Positions 19,301 through 27,059 of a DNA stretch of 56,950 nucleotides are shown here, in pieces. The notes beneath the pieces were generated by a model, which worked only from the letters and a program-made list of their open reading frames with translations, ran no database searches and was not told the origin of the DNA. Position numbers and translations under genes: made by a program. Each line of letters begins with the position of its first letter. Within the stretch, counting starts at the first letter, position 1. The DNA is taken from the NCBI GenBank assembly GCA_048550195.1, contig JBLYYR010000238.1, positions 1 to 56,950 on the forward strand. Direction: 5' to 3'. This DNA comes from Arenicellales bacterium (GTDB taxonomy: Bacteria > Pseudomonadota > Gammaproteobacteria > BMS3Bbin11).

Positions 19301-21424
19301 TTAAAATTTATAGTTGAAACCCGCGTAGACGGCACGGGGCATGCCTGGCGCATATTCGAATTTTTCAGGGCCCCAGCCGGAAGGCGTATATTTCGCTGCC
19401 GTCGCATAACGTTCATCCGTAACATTCATCAGACGTCCATACAGTTCCAGCCCGTTATCGAAGGGGTAATTGACACGGAAATTCAGCAGGTCATAACCAT
19501 CATATTTATGCGTATTGGCCGCATCCATCCAGTATTCGCCCAGATGAGCCCACTCCAGCTCAAATCGCCCGCCATTCATGAATAGCGGGTGATAGTTGAG
19601 GCGCGTATTAGCCATATCTTTTGGTGCAAACTCGATCTCGTTGCCACTAAAATCTGTTCCTTTTTCGACCCAGTCTTCATAAGTCTGTTTGGTATAGGAG
19701 TAACTCACCGCCAGGCCCCAGTCTTTTGCAAATTCGGCATCAGCACCAAGCTCGATACCCTGGTGAAGAGTTTTACCTGCATTAACCGTGTAGCGGTCAC
19801 CGGTGACCGGGTCTTCAAAAGTCACCAGGTCATCTTTCTTGGGCATATAGTAAACCGACGCCTCGTAGTTGAAACGTTTTCCAGCCCGGCCGCGAATACC
19901 GACTTCATAGCTATCGGCCTCAACAGGTTTGAGTGCAAGGGTCTCATCTGCATCATTGCTACCCGGGCGGAATAGCTGCCCCTCAGAAGGTGCTCGAAAG
20001 GCGTTGCGGTAAGAGACGAATCCATTCAGATCATCTGAAAAAAGGTAGGTGGCCCCTAATTTTGGACTCAGGTGGGTGAAGTCCACCGTGGTATCCGATG
20101 CATGATCATAGTTCTTGCCGCCGACATTAATTACACCGTCTGTCATATTGTTAGCGTAGTCATATTCCATAAGGTCATAACGAAGCCCGGCATTGAGGCG
20201 CAGTCGTTCAGTGGGTGATGTCTCAAAGTGTAGATAAGGCGAGATGGCCAGGTACTCTACATCATAGTCATACGTCATCCCCTCTATGGTATAGGATGTG
20301 TAGATCAGGCCTTCCTTAACGGCATTTATTCTATTCTCCAGACGACTGCCGGGTGTGTAATCCAGATCCGCACCCACCACCAATCGAGTACGCTTCGGCG
20401 CAAAATCCTTGCGGTATTTCATCAGCATGCCAAGAGAGTTACTTGATGTTTCGGTAATGCCGGGATCGTAGCTTAGCGACCAGTTCGCCAGATACTCCAT
20501 ATTATTTTTTCTGGCATAAGGCGTTACGGTGAAAAGAGAGTCACTGCCCTCCTGTTCATATTCTGTTGAAAGTCGTACTGCGTCTACTTCACGATAGGAA
20601 ATGGGCGTATAGTTTTTCGTCGGATTGTTTTCGAAATCATACTTTAGCAGACGCGAAGACCCTGCAGTCTCCTGATCAATATTGGACATTGCAAGCACGG
20701 TTTTTAAACTGGCTCCATTATTGAAAAAATTGTCCATTCGTACTGTAGCACTCTGGCGGTCATAAGCCGTCTTTTCACGCCAGCCATCTGTATGGGTCAG
20801 GTTTAAATCACCACGAACACCATTATCATTCCAGGAGTTGCCCCCCGTTAACAACATTCGATACCAGCCGTATTCCCCCGCCTCGAGATTTAACTCGCCC
20901 TCTGCCTCAAGGGGTGCCGGTCGGGTCAGAACATTGATCACACCACCAATGGCATCACTGCCATAGAGTGCTGTACCAGGCCCCTTGGTGACTTCCACAC
21001 CACCTGCCTGGGGAACATTTATCTCGTACAATGCATTGTGATTGAAGAAGCCGGTTGAACGGGTCGGGATTCCGTCTTCCAGATAGAGATACACGGGTTT
21101 AGTTGTAATCGGTTGACGTATTGCAGTCATATGCCCTTCACCACCGGTAACATTTACGTGTACACCGGGGATGCGATTCATCAACTCTGAGGGATGTGCG
21201 GGCCGGACTTCTTCGATGGTTTCCCGGGCAATAACACCGGTTGTTTCTGATGTTTCTGCCCTCAGCTGCTCTTCCCTGGTTCCGGTAACCGTCATTTCAC
21301 CGAGTGAAAGGGTTTCTTCAGCTGCGAACGATATTGCCTGCCATGATGAAAGAGTCCCTATGATGGCTATAGAAAGAAACGGCCTGGAAAATGTTCTGGT
21401 AATAAATCTTTTTGACATGGACAT
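19301..21424 (-). CDS. TonB-dependent outer membrane receptor
   Basis: Signal peptide, TonB box EMTVTGT, plug motif EVTKGPGTALYGSDAIGGVIN and C-terminal YKF. Confidence 0.95.
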   Translation of the reverse strand: MSMSKRFITRTFSRPFLSIAIIGTLSSWQAISFAAEETLSLGEMTVTGTREEQLRAETSETTGVIARETIEEVRPAHPSELMNRIPGVHVNVTGGEGHMTAIRQPITTKPVYLYLEDGIPTRSTGFFNHNALYEINVPQAGGVEVTKGPGTALYGSDAIGGVINVLTRPAPLEAEGELNLEAGEYGWYRMLLTGGNSWNDNGVRGDLNLTHTDGWREKTAYDRQSATVRMDNFFNNGASLKTVLAMSNIDQETAGSSRLLKYDFENNPTKNYTPISYREVDAVRLSTEYEQEGSDSLFTVTPYARKNNMEYLANWSLSYDPGITETSSNSLGMLMKYRKDFAPKRTRLVVGADLDYTPGSRLENRINAVKEGLIYTSYTIEGMTYDYDVEYLAISPYLHFETSPTERLRLNAGLRYDLMEYDYANNMTDGVINVGGKNYDHASDTTVDFTHLSPKLGATYLFSDDLNGFVSYRNAFRAPSEGQLFRPGSNDADETLALKPVEADSYEVGIRGRAGKRFNYEASVYYMPKKDDLVTFEDPVTGDRYTVNAGKTLHQGIELGADAEFAKDWGLAVSYSYTKQTYEDWVEKGTDFSGNEIEFAPKDMANTRLNYHPLFMNGGRFELEWAHLGEYWMDAANTHKYDGYDLLNFRVNYPFDNGLELYGRLMNVTDERYATAAKYTPSGWGPEKFEYAPGMPRAVYAGFNYKF

Positions 21425-21755
21425 CCCTCAAATCAGCAAGTTAATCTTGCTTTAATAATTTTAGTATCTGTTCAGCAGGCCTACGTTTTCGCTTGCCTGC
21501 TTATTTGTGGTCCTGTGACAATTCGGTCATCAGCTCTATCGAGAAAAAACGGGAGCCTGCACCCGTATATTGGGTACTTCGACATCCATTGCAGGAAACG
21601 TACTGGTTTCAGAAAAAACCTGCATACTTGCAATGAGCAGGACTCCCGGCAGGAGACTTTTTATGATGTACAAAATCTCATGGATAATGGACAAAATAAA
21701 TATCGAGTACAGATCGATGAAAAGCATTCTAACTAGTGATGGGATAACTGAAAAT

Positions 21756-21785
21756 GTGACACAGTGTCGCGCGACAAATTGCCGC
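21756..21785. promoter_or_regulatory. Two abutting RegA/PrrA-type boxes
   Basis: GTGAC-ACAGT-GTCGC and GCGAC-AAATT-GCCGC match the GCGNC-N5-GNCGC consensus, directly upstream of regB. Confidence 0.75.
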
Positions 21786-21820
21786 AGCATGCCGGACACT
21801 GTTGCGTTTATACTACGTAT

Positions 21821-23098
21821 ATGAAAGATCTCAGCCAGACCAGTACGGATGCCACTTCAGCACTGAATCTTCGAAGACTATTTATCCTCAGGAACATAGC
21901 AATAAGCTTCGAGGTAATCGTGATTGTCCTGGCCTATTGGGTGTTGAACATACCGCTGCCGCTTTTGCCGTTATCGGTGATTATTGCGGTGCATGGGATG
22001 ATTAACAGTTTCACCTGGCTGCGCATGAAAAGGCCCGGTTCTGTTAGTTCATGGGAGTTTTTTAGCCAGCTGGTCATGGATTCAATGGTATTGGCCGCCC
22101 TGCTTTACTATACAGGCGGCTATACCAACCCCTTTGTTTCGCTATTTTTGTTGCCGCTGGTTACCGCTTCAACCCTGCTCCCGCAAGGCTATGCCTGGGC
22201 TATGGCGGCCATCACTACCAGCAGTTATACGCTGTTGATGTTTTTCTACCGTCCATTGCCACATAACAACATGGACCATACGGCAGATTTCAACCTGCAT
22301 GTACTGGGCATGTGGTTCGGCTTCCTGTTGAGTGCCGGGCTGATTGTTTTTTTCCTGGTACGCATGGCCAACAGCCTTCGAGAACGTGATCGCATCCTGA
22401 CTGCAACAAGAGAGAAGGCATTACGTGATCAGCACCTGGTTGCGCTTGGCACGCTGGCGACCGGCGCGGCCCACGAGCTCGGAACACCACTCACAACGAT
22501 GGCGGTTTTAGCCAGTGAACTAAAGCGTGAACACGCCGAGAATACTGATGTCGTTGAAAAAATGGATATGCTGCGCAGCCAGCTTGATCGCTGCAAACAT
22601 ATACTGTCTGACATCACTGCCAGCACCGGACAGGCCCGAGCAGAAGGCGGTCACGGACTGGCTGTAGATGACTATATAGAAGATGTGGTGGATGGGCTAA
22701 AAACCTTACGACCAACAGCAAAACTATCCTGTAAGGTGCATGGCCCTAAGCCTGCACCGCATATCCTTGCTGACAAAACACTGACTCAGGCATTGATCAA
22801 TGTACTCAACAACGCCGCCGATGCCTCTATCGATAACATTGACCTCGAAGTTACATGGAACAATGAGACCCTGAGTATTATAGTCGGTGACCGGGGTGAT
22901 GAAATCAGCCCGTCCATTCAGGCAGCCGCCGGCACACCATACTTTACCACCAAGCCTGATGGTCATGGCTTAGGGCTCTATCTGGCACATGCGGTGATAG
23001 AAAGTTTTGATGGGTCACTAAGCCTCGCCACGCGTGAAGGAGGTGGAGCGCAGGCTATCATTAAACTACCACTGTCCACCATCAGGGTTCCATCATGA
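21821..23098 (+). CDS. regB: RegB/PrrB redox sensor histidine kinase
   Basis: Quinone-binding motif GGYTNPF, H-box AAHELGTPL, redox Cys (DRCKHIL) and GHGLGL; ATG at 21821 preferred. Confidence 0.9.
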   Translation: MKDLSQTSTDATSALNLRRLFILRNIAISFEVIVIVLAYWVLNIPLPLLPLSVIIAVHGMINSFTWLRMKRPGSVSSWEFFSQLVMDSMVLAALLYYTGGYTNPFVSLFLLPLVTASTLLPQGYAWAMAAITTSSYTLLMFFYRPLPHNNMDHTADFNLHVLGMWFGFLLSAGLIVFFLVRMANSLRERDRILTATREKALRDQHLVALGTLATGAAHELGTPLTTMAVLASELKREHAENTDVVEKMDMLRSQLDRCKHILSDITASTGQARAEGGHGLAVDDYIEDVVDGLKTLRPTAKLSCKVHGPKPAPHILADKTLTQALINVLNNAADASIDNIDLEVTWNNETLSIIVGDRGDEISPSIQAAAGTPYFTTKPDGHGLGLYLAHAVIESFDGSLSLATREGGGAQAIIKLPLSTIRVPS

Positions 23099-23655
23099 CG
23101 ACACAAAATGTTGACAACACCCGCGACTTAGCAGACCTGCTATTGGTAGATGATGATGCAATGTATTGTCAGGTAATGGGACAGGCACTGGAAAAACGCG
23201 GTTTCAACGTACAGATCGCCCACAGTGTCGATGAAGCGATTTTATTAAGCGAGGAACAGGCACCGGAATACGCAGTCGTTGACCTGAATATGCCCGGCCC
23301 ATCGGGTCTGGTACTGGTCAAACACCTTATTGCTATCGACCCGCATACCCGCATCGTCATCCTCACCGGTTTTTCCAGTATCGCAACGGCCGTCGAAGCA
23401 ATCAAACTGGGAGCAGTGCATTACCTGTCAAAACCTGCCGACGCCGATGAAGTCATCGCCGCTTTTAATCGGGAAGAAGGCAGTACCGATGTCGAAGTTT
23501 CAATACAGCCTCTCTCAGTCAACCGCCTTGAATGGGAACACATTCAAAAAATATTAAATGACCATGATGGCAATATCTCCGCCACCGCCCGTGCCCTGAA
23601 TATGCATCGCAGGACACTGCAGCGGAAGTTACAGAAGCGACCCAGGAAAGATTGA
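23095..23655 (+). CDS. regA: RegA/PrrA response regulator
   Basis: Receiver domain plus LEWEHIQ...NISATARALNMHRRTLQRKL. Confidence 0.93.
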   Translation: MTTQNVDNTRDLADLLLVDDDAMYCQVMGQALEKRGFNVQIAHSVDEAILLSEEQAPEYAVVDLNMPGPSGLVLVKHLIAIDPHTRIVILTGFSSIATAVEAIKLGAVHYLSKPADADEVIAAFNREEGSTDVEVSIQPLSVNRLEWEHIQKILNDHDGNISATARALNMHRRTLQRKLQKRPRKD

Positions 23656-23662
23656 TTCATGC

Positions 23663-23767
23663 TTCAAGATAAAAGACCAGGGACTGAGGGTTAGGGACTG
23701 AGGACTAAGGACAAACAAAATCATGGTTGTTTTCTTTCATCTTTCATCTTTCATCTTTCGTCCTGAA
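23663..23767. repeat. 105-bp heptamer-arm palindromic element
   Basis: TTCAAGA left end, GGACTRA-type arm, spacer CAAAATCATGGTTGTTTTC, (TTTCATC)x3 TTTCGTC arm, TCCTGAA right end. Confidence 0.85.
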
Positions 23768-23778
23768 TCTTAAATCAA

Positions 23779-24789
23779 CTACGGCTGAAGACTGTTCAAT
23801 CCAACAAATGTCCCATCATTATTTTCTGCCAGTTTACGCATCAATGCAGCAAAGCGTACGACGTTGTTGCCTTTTCCTCCAGCACTGAACAACACTGGAA
23901 AACCGATTGCATGGATACGTACACGATGCTTACCGCTGCTGTCGGCCCGATTAAGACGATCAACGGTATTGACGACGTTTTCAATCGAACCGGATGAGAA
24001 GTCATCACCAAAAATATACAGACTGATACGTTTGTCCCTGGCATAAAAACGCCGGATAGCCGCCTCTATACCTTCCACCGGGCTGGAATTGGAAAATGGC
24101 GTCCAGCGTGCCAGCCGCTGATTGATGGCACTGCGGCGGGCGGGTGTATCCGGGATCCATTTTCCCTTGTAGGTCTCAAACATATACATCCCCATGTCAT
24201 TCATCACCTGTATACCTTTAACGCGGGGATAAACTTTTAGTACTTCATTCATTTTCCTGCGTACCAGTGACCAGGCAAACTGGTTCATCGAACCGGAAGT
24301 ATCGATGATGAAAATAATGTACTCGCTGTCAACCGGTATGCCACCGATACGGCTGTTATTCACTGTCGGTTTAACACTGCTTGCCTGCAGGCGGCGCATT
24401 TCCTCTGTCAGGCTTTGCTGAGCAGTTTGCAGACGCCCGGCAATTATTGCCTGTGCTTCGCTGTCAGTTTGCGCCCGGGCAAACTGTCCTTCGATAGTAG
24501 ATAGACTGCCTTTTAGCCTGGCCAGTTTTTCCCTGTTGCTGGACAGCTGCTCCTGTTTTTCGGTCAATTCACGATTCAGTACAATGGTTTCTCCGCGTAT
24601 TTTGAAAATCTCCTTTTGCAGTTTCATTACCTGGCCGGACAGGTCAACCGTTAAACTTTCAATGACACGTGGTTCACCTATTTTCACGATGACCAGCAGC
24701 AGTATGATTGCACCAAAGCCACAGGACACGACATCCAGAAAGGACAGATTAAAGATATCGACATCCCGCCGCCGTCTGCCCCTGCTCAT
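23779..24789 (-). CDS. ExbD-like TM + coiled coil + VWA domain protein
   Basis: N-terminal FNLSFLDVVSCGFGAIILLL, a heptad-rich stalk and the MIDAS motif DTSGS. Confidence 0.8.
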   Translation of the reverse strand: MSRGRRRRDVDIFNLSFLDVVSCGFGAIILLLVIVKIGEPRVIESLTVDLSGQVMKLQKEIFKIRGETIVLNRELTEKQEQLSSNREKLARLKGSLSTIEGQFARAQTDSEAQAIIAGRLQTAQQSLTEEMRRLQASSVKPTVNNSRIGGIPVDSEYIIFIIDTSGSMNQFAWSLVRRKMNEVLKVYPRVKGIQVMNDMGMYMFETYKGKWIPDTPARRSAINQRLARWTPFSNSSPVEGIEAAIRRFYARDKRISLYIFGDDFSSGSIENVVNTVDRLNRADSSGKHRVRIHAIGFPVLFSAGGKGNNVVRFAALMRKLAENNDGTFVGLNSLQP

Positions 24790-25877
24790 GGCCAGTCCCT
24801 TGCCGGTGTTAGAAAGGAGCCCCGTGTTTCCACGGCCAGCTGCCAGAAAGCCGCCGCTGCATAGGCATCGCCTTCCATCGGTAATAGTATAGTATTGACA
24901 GGAATAGAGGATGGCAGGACTTTCACGGCACGATCAAAATGTACCAGCCTTCGTTCACTCGTCACGGTCGTACGTGTCGGCGTTTTCTGCCCCTGAGTTG
25001 GCAAACCATCTGTGACCAACAGGATGTTGTCAGGCTTAGGCGTTAACAGGCTGGCTGTCTGGAATGCATGGTATAGACTGGTACCGCCTTCAGGAATGGC
25101 CTGGCGCAAACTCCTGACGGCATCAGCAACATTCTGCGGATCTGATGCCGATAACCAACCACCACCGGAAGTTGCCACTGCCGCACGAGAGCGGGTGTTG
25201 AATAAATAGACCTGAAATTTTGATGTGGTTGGCAGGTTGCTGATTAGCCATTCCGCTGTGCCCTGTGCCCGTCGCCATTTCTTTGCTGACATTTTTTGCT
25301 TATCACCCATATTGCGCAGCCGAATGATGTTGACAATGGTTTCATCCAGCATGCTTGCTGAGGTATCGAGTAATATAAGTATCCGCTTGCCGCCCAGCTT
25401 AAGCCCGGTCAGGTACTGCCGGTTACCTTCACCGGTAAATTTATGTACCTTTTGCCCCTTCTTCTGTGCCGCCTTTTGTTCGGCGCTGAGTTGCTGTGTT
25501 TTTTTATCCAGCCCCTTCAGGTCAGCTTTAAGTTTGTTGACATGTTCACGACTAGCCGTCGTTGTTCTGCGTAAATCCGTCAGACCTTCCTCAATCTCCA
25601 GCTTGCTCTGCTGGACACGTCTTGCCTCCCCCTGCATCAGAACAATCTCTTTGTCAGTCGCATCGAGACTGTTAACTGCCGCCACCTGATTCTCACGCCC
25701 GACGATGACCTCATTCTCCAGGCGCACCACCTCGGAACGCAGATCAGCAAAGGCCTCATTCCGCTCCTGCACCATATTGACATTCAATATCAACACCAGC
25801 AGAACCACGGCTCCAAATCCGCAGAACATGATGTCGAGGAATGACAGGGAGAATGGGGATACGGGACGGCGTTTCAT
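24786..25877 (-). CDS. ExbD-like TM + coiled coil + VWA domain protein (paralog)
   Basis: FSLSFLDIMFCGFGAVVLL, coiled coil, DTSAS, GGT and LVTDGLP motifs. Confidence 0.82.
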   Translation of the reverse strand: MKRRPVSPFSLSFLDIMFCGFGAVVLLVLILNVNMVQERNEAFADLRSEVVRLENEVIVGRENQVAAVNSLDATDKEIVLMQGEARRVQQSKLEIEEGLTDLRRTTTASREHVNKLKADLKGLDKKTQQLSAEQKAAQKKGQKVHKFTGEGNRQYLTGLKLGGKRILILLDTSASMLDETIVNIIRLRNMGDKQKMSAKKWRRAQGTAEWLISNLPTTSKFQVYLFNTRSRAAVATSGGGWLSASDPQNVADAVRSLRQAIPEGGTSLYHAFQTASLLTPKPDNILLVTDGLPTQGQKTPTRTTVTSERRLVHFDRAVKVLPSSIPVNTILLPMEGDAYAAAAFWQLAVETRGSFLTPARDWP

Positions 25878-25887
25878 TACATATGGT

Positions 25888-25944
25888 ATTACGTCTTACG
25901 TGTTACGTATTACGTAAAACCTAAATCGTAAAACGTAAAACATT
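25888..25944. repeat. Heptamer-arm inverted element (TTACGTN x4 / AAACGTA-like x4)
   Basis: 7-bp periodicity read directly; closely similar to 26780-26826. Confidence 0.75.
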
Positions 25945-25946
25945 GC

Positions 25947-26741
25947 TTAAGACCTCAGCTTCCTAACCAGCCAGTGATCTACATAGCGCTCACTATCCAG
26001 TACCAGCCGCTCCTGCAGGAGTTGCAGCTGATGAATGAAAAACATCAGGATGATACTGATGACCAGTGCAACGAAGGTTGAGTTGAAAGCTACGCCGAGG
26101 TTTTCTGTAACACCGGTGATGTCGCCTTCCACGGCACGATAGGCCTGGCCGAGCGCATCACCAATTCCACGTACTGTACCGATAAATCCCACCGAAGGAA
26201 TGGCCCAGGCGATATAGCGGATGATAGACAGCTCGGATTCCTGTCGTTCGCCTTCTGATTCACAGATATCCCGCACAGCGGTCGATACATCCTGTACGTT
26301 AAGGGTAGCACTGAAACGTTCGATACCTGTCAGCAGTGCACGTGGCAACAGATACTGCTGCTCCACCGATGGCAGGGCATGCAGCCGCTCAGCCAGTAGT
26401 CGGGTATCTTCCGGTCCGATAGGCAGCCCCTCCGGTAGTTGCAACAGATCATGCTCCAGAAGTTTATCCTGCCTCCAGACTGCCTGCCCCTTGTAAACCA
26501 GTATCAACAGGGCCCATACCATAAGGATGAAGCAGGTTTCCTGTTCATAGTCTTTGATGACAACAAAAAATGAGCTCTCGGCAATATAGCCCGGGTCAGC
26601 CGCCAGTGCAGCCGCCTGCTGCTGCATATGACTGGCCGCCGACGGACGAACCAGTGTGACATAAACGGTATGAACGATGATGAAGGAGATCAACAGGGCG
26701 AAGACCTGGAAAATGAATTCATTCGGGAAGATTTTTTTCAT
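25947..26741 (-). CDS. MotA/TolQ/ExbB proton channel family protein
   Basis: AIPSVGFIGTVRGI and LGVAFNSTFVALVISI motifs; multiple TM helices. Confidence 0.88.
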   Translation of the reverse strand: MKKIFPNEFIFQVFALLISFIIVHTVYVTLVRPSAASHMQQQAAALAADPGYIAESSFFVVIKDYEQETCFILMVWALLILVYKGQAVWRQDKLLEHDLLQLPEGLPIGPEDTRLLAERLHALPSVEQQYLLPRALLTGIERFSATLNVQDVSTAVRDICESEGERQESELSIIRYIAWAIPSVGFIGTVRGIGDALGQAYRAVEGDITGVTENLGVAFNSTFVALVISIILMFFIHQLQLLQERLVLDSERYVDHWLVRKLRS

Positions 26742-26779
26742 AATTTAAATATCGTCGTATATTTATGATGGTATATATC

Positions 26780-26826
26780 TTTCGTCAGTTCTTACGTAAC
26801 CCCTAATACATAAAACGTAATACATT
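26780..26826. repeat. Degenerate heptamer-arm element
   Basis: TTACGTAACCCCTAATACATAAAACGTAATACATTG aligns with TTACGTAAAACCTAAATCGTAAAACGTAAAACATTG at 25910-25945. Confidence 0.65.
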
Positions 26827-26828
26827 GT

Positions 26829-27059
26829 TCAAATATCTACCGGAAATGGCACTGTATCATCAGCGCGCAGTTTTTCGCTAGGCGTAAACCGGGTTGCCGG
26901 TTCATATTTCTTTTTAACAACGTCAGCCGATTTTTCTTTAACCGGCTCAACGACTTCCACAGGGGTTTTAGCGCGTGTATCAGAAGGCTGTGCCATGCCA
27001 GGTACAGCGGCAGACACCAAAAGCAGAGACAAAGCCAGTTGTAATATTTTATTTTCCAT
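26829..27059 (-). CDS. Small exported hypothetical protein
   Basis: Signal peptide and C-terminal FTPSEKLRADDTVPFPVDI; overlaps the upstream gene. Confidence 0.7.
   Translation of the reverse strand: MENKILQLALSLLLVSAAVPGMAQPSDTRAKTPVEVVEPVKEKSADVVKKKYEPATRFTPSEKLRADDTVPFPVDI

Noticed and set aside
23779-26741. Zorya or flagellar stator assignment for the MotA-like gene
   Set aside because: There is no OmpA/peptidoglycan-binding MotB or ZorB, no long ZorA tail, and no ZorC/D/E or flagellar genes.
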